A DNA stretch of 64,000 bases from Octopus vulgaris (Eukaryota): positions 43,214,001-43,278,000 of the forward strand of contig OX597819.1 in assembly GCA_951406725.2 (NCBI GenBank). Direction: 5' to 3'. The notes under the pieces were generated by a model, which saw only the letters and a program-made list of their open reading frames with translations, had not been told where the DNA came from and made no database searches. The translations under genes and the position numbers were made by a program. This document shows, one piece after another, positions 1 to 11,868 of this stretch; the stretch's first letter is position 1, and the number at the start of each line of letters is the position of its first letter.

Positions 1-98
1 AGTAGATGACACTTTCCTGAAGTCCCACGAAGTGGAACTGAACGCGAAACCATGCGATTGGAGAACAGGTTTCTTGGCTACACAACCATGCTAGCGTC
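1..98 (-). mobile_element. SINE family A, tRNA-like head, diverged and cut by the window edge
   Basis: Aligns by eye to the head half of the intact copy at 12724-13184 (agtagaagacact...gaaccatg...acacagcca). Confidence 0.7.
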
Positions 99-156
99 AC
101 AATAGCTTGTCTTTCTTTTCTGTTCTTTTTAAGGGAGAGATAGGACCAATAAACAT

Positions 157-373
157 GTTTGTTTCAATTTTTGGCCCGAGGCCAGCAGTTTCAGAAAAGG
201 GTTAAGTCGATTCTTGATCCCCCAATTTCAGCTGGTACTTATTTAAGCAACCCCGAAGTGATAAAAGACAAAGCCAGCCTCAGCGGAATTTGAGCTCAGA
301 ACGAGCAGATGGATGAAATGCCGCTAAGCATTTTGCCCGGCACGCTAACGATTCTGCCAAGTTCTCCGCGTTG
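157..373 (-). mobile_element. SINE family B with 14-bp TSD
   Basis: Reverse complement matches the B copy at 44829. Flanked by direct repeat GGACCAATAAACAT at 143-156 and 374-387. Confidence 0.85.
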
Positions 374-419
374 GGACCAATAAACATATTGACACTGATG
401 TTTAATTTTTATGTTTATA

Positions 420-925
420 CTAGCAGTATCGCCCGGCGTTGCTCGGGTTTGTAAGGGAAATAACTATATAAGCATTTTTAGAGAGTTACTTCCCTTATAG
501 ATGCCAATTCGGGCTTTCTTAGCCATTTCTGTTTTGGTGTCTTCAAGCCATGAAGTCGTTGTTCTAAAAGAACGCTGGTCTCCTTGACAACGCTTTACGA
601 CGTTGATTTCCTTACACTCCCTTCCCCACAGCTTCACGAGGGAGGGAAGAAGGGGGAGAAGCAAACAGGTGCAGGTGTGACCATGGACGCCAACTCCGCC
701 GCCATCGACACACGAAAAATTATGCATTAAAATGGAATAAAAAATGATGTTAAATTATTTTTAAAATCGTAGACTCATGCTAATAGCCAGACGGGCTTGA
801 TATTAATCACGACTATAAGATACCCGAATTTGGTTAAACTGCACCGCAAAATGTGGGAGGAGTTAGGAATCTAAATCGTAGGAGACAGACACTCACACAA
901 CTACAGTTTTTATATATATATATAT
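420..925 (-). mobile_element. Non-autonomous Helitron, copy 1
   Basis: Minus-strand 3' end CCCGAGCAACGCCGGG hairpin followed by CTAG|T. The terminal ~69 bp are shared with 12074-12142. The 5' end is eroded into (TA)n. Confidence 0.75.
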
Positions 926-1775
926 CTTCTCTTTGTACTTGCTAAGACTGAATTGGCGAGTCAATATTTTTAAGTCAGTGCTGTACGAGGTGTTTGCAGT
1001 GCTTGAAGTTGTATTCCATTTGGTTACCAATTCTAAAGACCATCTTATTTTCACTAATTGAGATCGACTTCAATCCAAATTAATAAAAGACTTTCGCTTT
1101 TTTCTTTTATTTTTCATTTTCTACACAGTTTTCAGATAGTTCTTTATATTAGATGTTTCACATCTAATATAAAGATGTTATATTGGGGGAGGAGTGTGAC
1201 GCAGGTGGGATGGAGTGGGATGCAACAATAGAATTCATTGTATAAAATAAAACCAACTATAAAGGCCGGGGATTGGTTTGTTCTGAAGTCACTTTCAAGA
1301 TTAACTTTGTAAAGTGTGCTGCTGCCACGATACAAGCACATCATTCCAATTAGAAAGAAAGGGTGTGTACGTGAATGTGTGAGTCTGTGTGCACGTGTGA
1401 GAGACACACACACGGAGAAGACAAAAGGTTGTAAAAGCAGTCTGTTATCAAATATCTCACTTAAGATAAACGGAGTGATAAATTCATTCACTAAATTGAT
1501 AAAAACACTTTGGCGGGGGAGGGAGGGAGGGCATCACAGCCACAACATTTCATTTCACAGTGTTTTGAATTCGTGGTTTTGCACTTATGAAAAAAAAAAA
1601 GAAAAAAAAAGGAAAAGGAAAACCAGTGTTCAAATCAAGCACATTTCCAGTGATCAGAATCTGCGATGCTCGTTCACAGCACCTGTGCACGTTGATATAT
1701 ATACATATATATTGGGGGGGGTAAACACCACAAACACTCGTAACAACTCTTCGTTATACATCTGGAGTCCAGTAC

Positions 1776-2200
1776 TCGGATCTTTTCGGTTTGAACGGCA
1801 GTTTTTTCTAGCGGTGTCATATGAAATTGTCACCCATAATTATGACCCTAGTATCGATCTATTGCATTTCAATCTGTTTTAGAGTTAGGGTTAGGAGTGG
1901 GGGGGAGGGTATCTTTTTTTCTTCAGAAATGTAAATAAACCCAATCTGTTTCTTAAACGAGGGACATATTCATACGACACAGAATGTTTCTTTACCTCAA
2001 TGGACGTCACTGATTGGTTGAAATTGCAGAAATTGAAGAAGAAAACCCAACAAATATCTTACCAACTATAGAATTTTCTCAATAAAGCCAAGAGAAAAAG
2101 ATGTTTTATAAATACATTCTACCAGTATACGAAGTTTAAAATTTTTTTTAGTCACCTAGAAATTATGTTAAAAACTGCCGTTCAAACCGAAAAGATCCGA
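1776..2200. mobile_element. MITE with perfect 31-bp terminal inverted repeats, superfamily unassigned
   Basis: TCGGATCTTTTCGGTTTGAACGGCAGTTTTT (1776-1806) is the exact reverse complement of 2170-2200. Internal GTTAGGGTTAGG motif. No clear TSD. Confidence 0.85.
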
Positions 2201-2620
2201 ACATTTAATTTCGCGTTGCTTCTGCGGTCACTTCGACGTCTGATATGTGAGATGCCATGGCACCAATCAGTACAGGCAATGCCGATTTGAGAGAGGCAGA
2301 GAGGCAGTGAGCCCAATATACAGCACACCATAAACAAATTATCTGTGCAGGTTGTTCAGAAGAAGAAGAAAAAAAAACTGCCGTAAACTCATCAACAAGA
2401 GCCCATTTCGCATACACAACGCGCTGATAGAAAAAGACATACGATAAACTTGTAAGCTTTTATTTTTGAAGCTAGCTTAGCTAAGTTGTCCTAATTTGCA
2501 TAATAGTACAAACGTTCGCAACGTGAACTAGTTATTAAATAGAAGCACTAAAAGGCGGTTAGGGTCAGCAGGAGCGTATGGTAAACCTTGTAAAACGTGC
2601 TGTTTGATTCAACACACTCG

Positions 2621-2656
<36 letters not shown>

Positions 2657-3744
2657 TTATATACGCGCCCGTGTATAGATTACGAACGTACACAAAAAAA
2701 GTCAAGAGGAAGAAATTGTGTGAAAAAGATTTCCATGAGAGTAGAGAGGGAGAAAGAACAAAATGGGGGGGAAAATGGAGGTTATATTTATCACCAAGCT
2801 CATATTTATCAGCAAAAGATGTGTAAATATGTAGTGCCAATGGGTGTATTTTGCCCGCCCAGCCCCTCCCCACCATCAGTTCCACTACATATTTAAAAGT
2901 TATCAACAGTAACTGAGGCATTTTTTTGCTGATAAAAACACCAAAGTATTTTCTAAATATTGTAGCAATCAAGGAATGAGAGTTAATATCTTACAAAATA
3001 ATAATAATAATATGAACAATGATGAAAGAATGAGGTGTGTGGGAGAGGAAAGGAGTAGACACGAGAGAAGATACATTATCTTTAATATAGAACATATTTA
3101 GATCCGAAATTCTTAATTTGTCTTATTGCAAGGCTTATAGTAATCTAAACAAATGAATACGAACTAATCCTCGATATCAGACGAGCTTATATCAGCGTGT
3201 GTTGGCGTAGGATGGGCACTGAGAGACGGCTGGGGGTGGGGTTAGAATAGACTTGGGAGAAAAATGTGAAAAAACAAAGGACAGTTGACCAAACGTTTTA
3301 TAAAGAGAGATATAAAGAGATTGGAGCAAACACAGTCTTTTTTGCAGGTTTCAGTCATTGGGCTGCAGCCACGCTGGAGGTCCAACTACGAGAATTTATA
3401 GTCGATTATATCGAACTATTTATTTATTTTATTAAGCCGAGGCATATTTTATTGATCTGTTTTATCAAACTAATAAGTTATGAAAATAAGCGGACACTAA
3501 CATCTTAGAACGTACGCACACACAGAACTTCCGAACAGTTTCCATCGAGTAAGTTATAGCTTCGTGTATTGGTCAATAGGTGCCGAACGAACACGCACAC
3601 TTTATATGTCCATAAATTATCTTTACAACTTCCACAATTTTCAACTTTAAACTTGTAATGGTAATTTATGGACACTGTGTGTGTGTGTAGGGGGGGATAA
3701 GCATATAGAGAAAAATGTAAGAAGGTGACTATACATATAATGAC

Positions 3745-4058
3745 GGGCTCTCCCGTCGTCAGACGACGGATGAAGTTTCTGCAATTTCATGGGCTCTCCC
3801 GTCGTCAGACGACGGATAAGTTTCCGCCTATTTCTTGGTAAATAACCACACTTAATGATTTGTTTATAATGATCGAATTTCTGCGTTTCACAAGCTCACA
3901 CTCTCCACCATATCGGCATTTCTTATACATTGTGCCCACATGCCAGAGGTCAAAAGGAACGCCAAAAGCAACGTGAACTAAGTGTTTTTGCTCAGGAATA
4001 CAACGCATCATTAGCTCTCAGAATCGAGTGCAACGCCCTAACCATTAGGTTATGCGCC
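3745..4058 (-). mobile_element. tRNA-derived SINE (C-type head) with duplicated 3' hairpin tail
   Basis: Minus-strand head ggcgcataacctaatggttagggcgttgcactcg. The 27-bp GGGCTCTCCCGTCGTCAGACGACGGAT occurs at 3745 and 3791. Confidence 0.65.
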
Positions 4059-4285
4059 ATTTTGTGTGTGTGTGTCTGAGAGAGAGAGAGAGTTGGTGCA
4101 AAAGAGCTTTACAATAAAGTGCAGATTGGATCAAGGAGTTAAACATTTTTTTCCCCCCTTATCCATCTTTCACAACTTCTTTTAATTTGTATGTTTGCTA
4201 GATGTGCCTAAATTACAAGTTTCAGTCAGCAGTTAATAGCTGATAGGAATGTAAGCAAAATTCAAACGGAGATAAATTAGAACGG

Positions 4286-4359
<74 letters not shown>

Positions 4360-4899
4360 CATTTTTTCTTCTCAATTTGATAATTATTTTGAAGTTCAAA
4401 GCAAACATATCGGTATTATACGTTTCCTTAAAAAGGGGGGGGGGGAGAAAAAACGAACTAACTATCTCATAAGTACGCAAACAGAATCAAACATGAACAT
4501 GCGCACACAGGTATGTGTGTTAAACCAACACAAGATATACATGTGCACTATGTACAAATGAAAGAACGTATAAATTTTGTGTTTGTGCATATTATACACA
4601 CGCACACACAGAGGATTTTATATTGTGTACGTGTGGGAGACAGACATAAGAACATATACGTATATCCTTCTAAATTAACGTTTTCGTTAAGCCACACACC
4701 CCACTCCTTACAACCCACAGTAAATTAAAAAAAAAAAGTAAAATAAAATAATAAAGCAAGCACCTTCAGCACTATCTCAACCTAATTTAATATATATATT
4801 TTTTTAAATAATTAAGCTTCCATTCCAGCAGGAATGCCGTCGCGTCAGTGCCACCAGCACAGCAATCAAAACGATGAAGACGTTGTTGATGATAATTAA

Positions 4900-5116
4900 G
4901 GCGGAGAACTAACAGAATCGTTAGCACACCGGGCGAAATGATTAGCAGCATTGCGCCCATCTTTACGTTTCGAGTTCAAATTCTACCGAGGTCGACTTTA
5001 CCTTCATCCTTTCGGAGTCGATAAAATAAGTACCAGTTAAGCTCGGGAGTCGATGAAATCAACTAGCCCACACACCCCAAAAGAAAATTCAAGCCTTGTG
5101 CCTATAATAGAAAGGA
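4900..5116 (+). mobile_element. SINE family B
   Basis: ggcggagaactaacagaatcgttagc...gagttcaaattc (B-box-like)...cttcatcctttcggagtcgataaaataagtaccag; same architecture as 44829. Confidence 0.85.
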
Positions 5117-5158
5117 CCAACCATTACCAAGAGTTAATAAGCAACTACTTCACAAGTA

Positions 5159-5359
5159 CGATGGGGTGCTTAAAAAATTCCTGGCTTTAAAAGGGTTTCG
5201 CGATAGGCTTGCTTGGAAACCCAACCTTCGGAGTTCTTTTACAGGGTTTAGAAAACCTGACTCTGCGAGGGGGAATATGTTGAATAAAATCATAATTAAC
5301 TGATCCTCCAGCATTTTCTTTTACCCAAAGCCAAAAACTTTTCATCGCCCACCAACTCG
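5159..5359. mobile_element. mariner-derived MITE
   Basis: TA|CGA...TCG|TA termini with degenerate inverted repeats (tggcttt / aaagcca). Internal ggggaatatgttgaataa encodes GEYVE*, like a mariner transposase C-terminus. Confidence 0.6.
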
Positions 5360-7085
5360 TACAAGTGAAGCTGGATTCGATTCAGTTGTGGACAAGAAAA
5401 GATCACAGACACCTCTGTAATTCCAACAGTGTGCATAACAGAATGGGGACACTAAAATGCTCCAGTGTAGTAGGATATTATATATGTAATATTTTGGACT
5501 AATGGGTATATGTCAATTAGTGTGTTGAGTAAAGCACTGGCACAGTTCGGCTACCTGGTGCCATCCGCAGGCGGAGTGTATTTCCGTTGAATTTACTTCA
5601 GGAATTCTGTAGTATTGAGATAACAATCGACTAAATAAAACAGAAGATGGGTTTGCTATAACTCTTCATTTTGTATAAAATAAAGTTATACCAATTCTAT
5701 CTGTTTCCGTAATCGGTCTCACACACATGTGTGTGTGTGTAATCCGATGATGGCTTGCAGTTTGAAGTTTCGAAGTCAGTGTCAACACTATTCTTGTAAA
5801 AAAAGAAAATATATATTCGACAAAAAGTATTGAGTTATCATTCAGTTTGATGCAAAACTTTCCTTATAATTCGACATAGAAAACGAACACACGGAGCGAG
5901 AGAGAGAGACAAACAAGTAGATATTCATGTATTCCCTACAAAATTACAAAACTTTAGTTTTTAACACATTAAGGAAGTGTACGTGTTTGTGTATTCCTGT
6001 GTGTGCATGTACGCTGCACACGTGAGCGCAAACTCACACGTGCTTATGAAAAAACACAAAAATGCGTCCACGTGTGCACGTACACCTACCTATACGCCAC
6101 GATTTCCATACGGAAGATCTTACTTTGCAGGCTTGGCATTAAACCAGGCCACTGAGCGCCTTAAAATGGGATTCTGCAGTAAATTTTGAAGACGAAAGAG
6201 AAAGGTAGGGGGAGAAAAAAAACCTACTCAATCACAAAGTAATATTATTTTATAAGGCAATGAAATCGAGGGCAGCAGAACTGGAATAAGGAGGGGGTGG
6301 GTGAAAAGACGTACTCTCTCCTGTAGAGAATGAAGGAAAAGGAAATACTGATGCATATCTAGAGGCAAACATGACATCGATTCATATGCCATTTACTTTG
6401 TGACCGAGGTGAACTCTGTTGGTTTGGTAAGATAACCAGATTAAAATTTCAACATAATTATAGGAAGAATAGGTGATAGCTGCTACAGCTGGGCCATTCA
6501 GTGCTTCTTAGAATGTCCCAGAGTATAAGTCAACATGTGCATAGCAGTAACCGAAGAGTAGAATTTTATCAGCACAGTTGAATACACTGCAGCACAACAA
6601 ATAGTGCCTTGGAGCAGAGCAGAACTCATTAGTCGCCTCCTGTGAGCTTCACAATATTGAAGCACATGCTCTTATCTATGTGACAAAGAAATTCTGATCG
6701 AAGTGGAGGGGGCGGCTCACGGATACCTTAGTCTATTGGAAATGCCATAAGGATATTCCAGCAGATTTACAGTGAGTTCAATTTTCCCTCCACCTTCTCA
6801 AAATAAATTCCACACCAAATTAAGATTAAAATTTCACATAATTGCCCTCCTTTCCAGACACGATATGTACCCATTAGAAAAAAGAAGGAAAAAAAAAAAA
6901 GAAGAAGAAACAACTAGGGATTGGTAATCAACTGGTTTACATAGTTTAATATGATACGAAAGTTACGCCTATGAGAACCTTTCCAACGTTGGAATCTCGC
7001 GCTCAGTGTAGTTTTGTGTGTTTTGTTTCGCAGTCTCCCGACGTTCCAGTCTCAAATTCTGAAAGTCGTTTCCAAGCACGTTGCA

Positions 7086-7120
7086 TATAAAAATTCTAGT
7101 TTATTATTTTTTTTTTAGTA
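7086..7120 (+). promoter_or_regulatory. Possible TATA + Inr core promoter
   Basis: TATAAAAA at 7086 and TTAGT with its A at 7117 (31 nt downstream), in CpG-retaining non-repeat sequence. Motif evidence only. Confidence 0.25.
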
Positions 7121-7817
7121 CTTTAGAGTTTCAAATCGACTCACCGACCGGATTCGATAGGTGAACAGTTAAAATCTAAACTGGTACCTAGAAGTGAATT
7201 AAAAAAAAAACACACATTTAAATCTTATTGTAGTCAGTGTTTTTCACGCAGTCAATTTATCCAAAATGCTGTAGAATCCCAACAGTTGTTTAAATCTATC
7301 GAGGAAGCAAGCAAGAAAAATCTTAGATCCTTTGGTGACAAGATATGTGTGTGTGTGCGTGCGTGCGTGCGTGTGTGTGTGTAGCCCCGAAAGAGGTTTC
7401 AGTTTTCATTGCACGGCTTTGTTTTATTTTTAGTTTTTACAAAGAAAAACACTGCAAGAGTTTGTGTTGTATTTCAAAGCAGCCAGTTTTGACTAAATCT
7501 TAGCCATATCTCAGCATTTGTTTAGGCGATTAGTTGTTTAGATCAAATTAAAACCGTACTGACACATTGTCACAACAGCGATTACTTTCATGTGTACATC
7601 AAATAAATGGTTTATTTATTGAGCACAACAATTTGCTCTTAATCATCCATCAGACACTTTCAAATACACACACACACATACACACACGTCAAGCTCATGA
7701 CCTAACGAAGTCTTCTCAGTGCAAAACAAAGGTAGTTTAAGTGAATGTTACTTGTATGTATGTATGTATGTATGTATGTATTGTAGTTGTCAACCATGCA
7801 AACTAAATGCATATCAG

Positions 7818-8020
7818 CAGCATCATTTAACATCCACTGATTTTCGTCGAGGCGGATTTTCCATGACCAGGTGCCCTTCCTGTCACCAACACTCACCTGT
7901 TCTCAACTAAGGTAATATTTCCCCATAACCGGACATGCTTACACAGAAGACTGGAGACGTAGAACACCTCTTGCATGCCGGTGACATTTTTCAGCTTTCA
8001 TGTAATGTCAAGGCAAGGAG
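7818..8020 (-). mobile_element. SINE A2 body with RTE-type tail fragment
   Basis: catcatttaacatcc...tgcccttcctgtcaccaacactcacctg; matches 44140-44350 and the reverse of 55070-55305. Confidence 0.6.
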
Positions 8021-8382
8021 CAACATAATTTCATAAATCACATTGAAGGTATACTAATCTGGCCCTTAACTCTTCCTCTTCAGTCAAGCTAAATTAGCTG
8101 CATGCTTATTTAAAGCGTAATGCTCAACTAGTTTCTTATGCGCAGGCAAGTTCGCCTTCACAGAGTCATGAATACAGACAAGAGAGGAGAGATTAAATTA
8201 GGAATTCTCGTTGTGATACATTTTGCACGGAAAGTTTAAAATAAGCTCAATGTAAAAAAAAAAAAAAAATTTTTTTTAATTCAGAAAAATTATACAGAAT
8301 TATAAAATTCTGAACAACATATCTTTCAAGATCCACAAGTTTTAGAATGTAATTTTTAAGTTTTTAATTAATCTTTAGAAAC

Positions 8383-9033
8383 TATGGTTCCAGGTCCAGA
8401 CCTACTGCGTGACACCTTGTGACCAAATGGAGCTTAGACGGAAACTGAAAGAAGCCCGTCACGTGTGTGTGTGTGTGTATTTGTCCCTAACCACTGCTTG
8501 ATAACCGGTATTCGTTCGACTAAAGATACTTGCACACCTGCAGTCTAATGACTGAAACAAAATATATATGGGGTTCTTACATTATCCCTTAAAGTCAAGA
8601 TGGTCACAGCTAAGTCTGGGGTTAAACAACTTGAGAGAGAAAGAGGGAGAGAGAGAGAGAGAGAGAGTGTGTGTGTGTGTGTGTGTGCGTGCGCGCGTGT
8701 GTGTTACTGGCTTCATCCTTTTCATTTAGTCGCAGTTTTATGTTAAGAGCATTAGTTTGAAGTCTGATATTTGTTCTATCGGTTCCTTTCGCCGAACCGC
8801 TAAGTTACAAACGTAAACCAGTTGTCAAGCTGTAGTGAGAAACAACACACACACGACAGGCTTCTCCTACACAGTTCCATCTACGAAAAAAATCACTCAA
8901 GGCATTCGTAAGCTCGAAGGGGAGAGGGGGGGGCGGATAGTAGAAGACACTTTGCACAAGGTGCTTCAATGTGAGACTGAACTCAAAACCACGTGGTTGC
9001 GAAGCAAGCATCTTAACTACACAGCCATGCCTC
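8383..9033. mobile_element. Two diverged SINE A copies (+ at 8383-8562, - at 8705-9033)
   Basis: gacggaaactgaaagaagcccgtc and cagtctaatgactgaaac on +; gccgaaccgctaagttac...tagtagaagacact in the opposite orientation. Confidence 0.75.
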
Positions 9034-9387
9034 CAACTAAACATAAAATTAAGCCCCTTGCAGAATACAATATCAAGTAGTAAAACACCTCAGAATAAAA
9101 CTGAAGTTATCTAAAAGAGCGGGGAGGAAAAGTGCGCATTTCTATCTAGACACTCCATTCTACTCCTGACAAGGGCAAAGTGGGGTTTTTTGTTGTTGTT
9201 GTTGTTGTTTAAGCTGAAAGAAGAGGCGAAACAAGGAGACACATACACAAGAGTAGTGGTATTCATTTGCATGAAAGAAACAGCTGAAATACTTGTTTTC
9301 ACACTTCAGCTGAGACAGGGCAGGCACCGGTGAGACACAGCTGCAAGTATGTATTAAACTAGAGATCAATTGCTATCAATGTCACTA

Positions 9388-9722
9388 AAAAGGAGCACTC
9401 CGTCGGTTGCGGCGACGAGGGTGCCAGCTGATGCGATCAACGGAACAGCTTGCTCGTGAAATTAAATTAACGTGCAAGTGGCTGAGCAATCCACAGACAC
9501 GTGTACCTTTAACGTAGTTCTCGGGGAGATTCAGCGTGACACAGAGTGTGACAAGACTGGCCCTTTGAAATACAGGTACTACCCATTTTTGCCGGCTGAG
9601 TAGACTGGAGCAACGTGAAATAAAGTGCCTTGCTCAAGTACACAACGCGCCGCTGGGGATTGAACTCACGACCTTACGATCGTGTGCCGAATGCCCCTAA
9701 CCATTAAGCTACGCGCCTTCAC
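9388..9722 (-). mobile_element. SINE family C, near full length
   Basis: tRNA-like head on minus (ggcgcgtagcttaatggttagg...gagttcaatcccc), then ttgagcaaggcactttatttcacgttgctccag. Near-TSD aatgtcacta (9378) / aacgtcacta (9724). Confidence 0.85.
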
Positions 9723-9781
9723 TAACGTCACTAGCACTCCGTATACATAGAGGCAGAGTCTATCATGACTTGACCACACAT

Positions 9782-9853
<72 letters not shown>

Positions 9854-9874
9854 TATAAAAAAAAAAGGAATAAA

Positions 9875-10050
9875 CGATTATCTTATGAACTTCATTAGCT
9901 TACAGCTGTTTCTGCTGCAAGATGTATTGGACTCATAATCGAGTGCCCGAGTAACACCATACAGCTCTGTACTCAATGCTTTATTCTGAAGCATATGCAT
10001 ATTGAGTTGTACGCCAGGTTATTAGTCTCACAATGCCTAGTGATATCATA
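9875..10050. repeat. Dispersed repeat next to (TA)n, second copy at 33990-34250
   Basis: Shared blocks cattagcttacagctgtttctgct and gctctgtactcaa...gaagcatatgcata.tgagtt. Confidence 0.7.
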
Positions 10051-11120
10051 ACTTAATTCCATACTCCGTCACTATCACTATGCTATGACAAATTGCATTT
10101 GGTACAATTTAATTTACTGAGTACTAACTCGTGTTATCATGATAAACTAATGGGAGGGGGAGAGGGTACATACTAATAAGAAAATATTATTAAGCAACAT
10201 CTTACATGTAAATGAAATGTACTTAAATTTAATCACTAGAATTTAAGACTCAAGAGTTAAAACAATAAAACAAAATAGGAGGTTTGTTACTGTGTTTTGA
10301 GAAGAGATAGCTAACAGCTTCCGAAGTTGTTTTCTTTCCTAATAATTTGAAATGATGAGCATTGAAAAAAAAAAACAGTGTGTGTGTACATACATACATA
10401 CACACAAATAAAACGAGCTATTTTTTTTAACGATAAAAATGTACAACAAAAAAAACAACTTTAGAATTCAATCTATACTGTTTTTAATAAATAAACGAAA
10501 AAAAAAAACAAAAATATATATATAAGTAAAACCGAAACGGAGGAGGAGGGGGCAGGAAAAAATAAAATCAATTTTTGGGAGTACACCAATCATGTTTACT
10601 ATACAGCATTAAAAACATTCCACAACTAATGCAATTGTGTGTGTGTGTGTGTGTGTGTGTAATTGTTTTTGCGTCTGTGTGTATGTAAGAAATAGAATAT
10701 AAAAAAGAATAAAATAAAGAAATAGGTGTGATGATTGAAAAATATTCTGTGAAGGCGAACAGTGATTTAGAGGAAGAGAGATGAAAAAAGAATTCAGTCA
10801 GAAACAATAGGAAAAATTAGGTAAGTGAGGGCGGGAAGGTAAGAAACCGCACCCAAACAACCCCCCACTGCCACCACTACCACCACAATGCTGACCAAAT
10901 ATTTTCAAATTTTTCTCATTAACAGCCATTTTTATTTGGATAATTCATAACTTTTCAATAAATGAACAAATTACCCACACTGCCCCTCCCCCCAAAGCAA
11001 GAGCAAATTGTATGTATAACACCGCATGCATACATATATACATACATACAGACAGGCAGGCACAAAACTTAGTCCTAATTTGCTGCTTCTTAGAAAAGAG
11101 GAGTAATAGAATATATATAT

Positions 11121-11403
11121 AGTCAATCCCAAACATGGACGAGCAAGAAAAAACAACAACGCGAGGACGTGGAATGAGTAGTGTTACTGGACACTCAGGA
11201 AAGGAAAGAAAAGAAAGGGGATTTCACGTTTCGAGCGGAGCACTTCATCAGAAATATAGAAAAAGTCCAAAGAAGGGAAAACGGAGGAAGAAAATCGCCA
11301 ACGATACAATATTTCTTCCCTTTTTCCTGAGCGCCTAATAATAATACATTAATTGTTCTACCTCCTTGTGTTGTTGTCTTTTCTGTTTTCTCGTTTGGAT
11401 TAA

Positions 11404-11408
<5 letters not shown>
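11121..11408 (-). mobile_element. Penelope-like terminal-repeat element with hammerhead motif and an inverted partial second copy
   Basis: 11121-11288 is the reverse complement of the 24092-24281 element. 11295-11408 is a partial copy in the opposite orientation. Flanked by (TA)n. The Penelope assignment is inferred from the hammerhead and the inverted arrangement. Confidence 0.6.
11221..11255 (-). ncRNA. Minimal type I hammerhead ribozyme motif, probably inactive (GUG triplet)
   Basis: Minus strand reads AUUU-CUGAUGA-A-GUGC-UCC-GCUC-GAAA-C-GUG-AAAU. Confidence 0.6.
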
Positions 11409-11459
<51 letters not shown>

Positions 11460-11868
11460 CTTGTTTCAGGTATTGAACTGCTGCTACGCTGTTTTGAAGA
11501 GTTTAGTTGAACACATGTATACCAGTGCTTACTTTATTGAGAGTCTGCTACTTATTCTGTCATTCTCTTTTGCCAAAGTGCTAAGTTGCGGGGTAAATAA
11601 ATCAGCATTGTCAAGCACTGGGGGGGGGGGAGATGGATGGATTGATGAAACACATACACATACACTCAGCTCCTGCAATGAACCTATGAAACCTAAGTTG
11701 CATGGGGGTCATGTGTATGAGAGAGAGAGAGAGAGAGAGAGTGAGTGATGGGCTTCCACACAATTTCCGCATATCAAATTCACTCAAAAAGCATAGAGTA
11801 GTACAAGGCTTTAGTAGAAAAGATTTGCCCAATGTACTGCACAATGGGACTAAACCGAAAACCACATA

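Noticed and set aside
1316-1882. 188-aa ORF
   Set aside because: Runs through microsatellite, poly-A and a MITE terminus; chance ORF.
5735-5790. Degenerate hammerhead-like ccgatga...cgaag...gtc
   Set aside because: Both core boxes are mutated and the stems are weak; not supportable from one copy.
6360-6780. Unique higher-complexity segment; similar ones at 33670-33900 and 43430-43700
   Set aside because: No long ORF, recognisable miRNA or protein motif found by eye; cannot be assigned without a search.
9645-9722. tRNA-like sequence
   Set aside because: It is the head of a SINE; it continues into the SINE body and does not form a complete cloverleaf.
10815-10826. Isolated AG|GTAAGT donor; also isolated acceptor-like sites near 41033 and 52513
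   Set aside because: No matching partner site or reading frame; such sites are expected by chance in AT-rich DNA.
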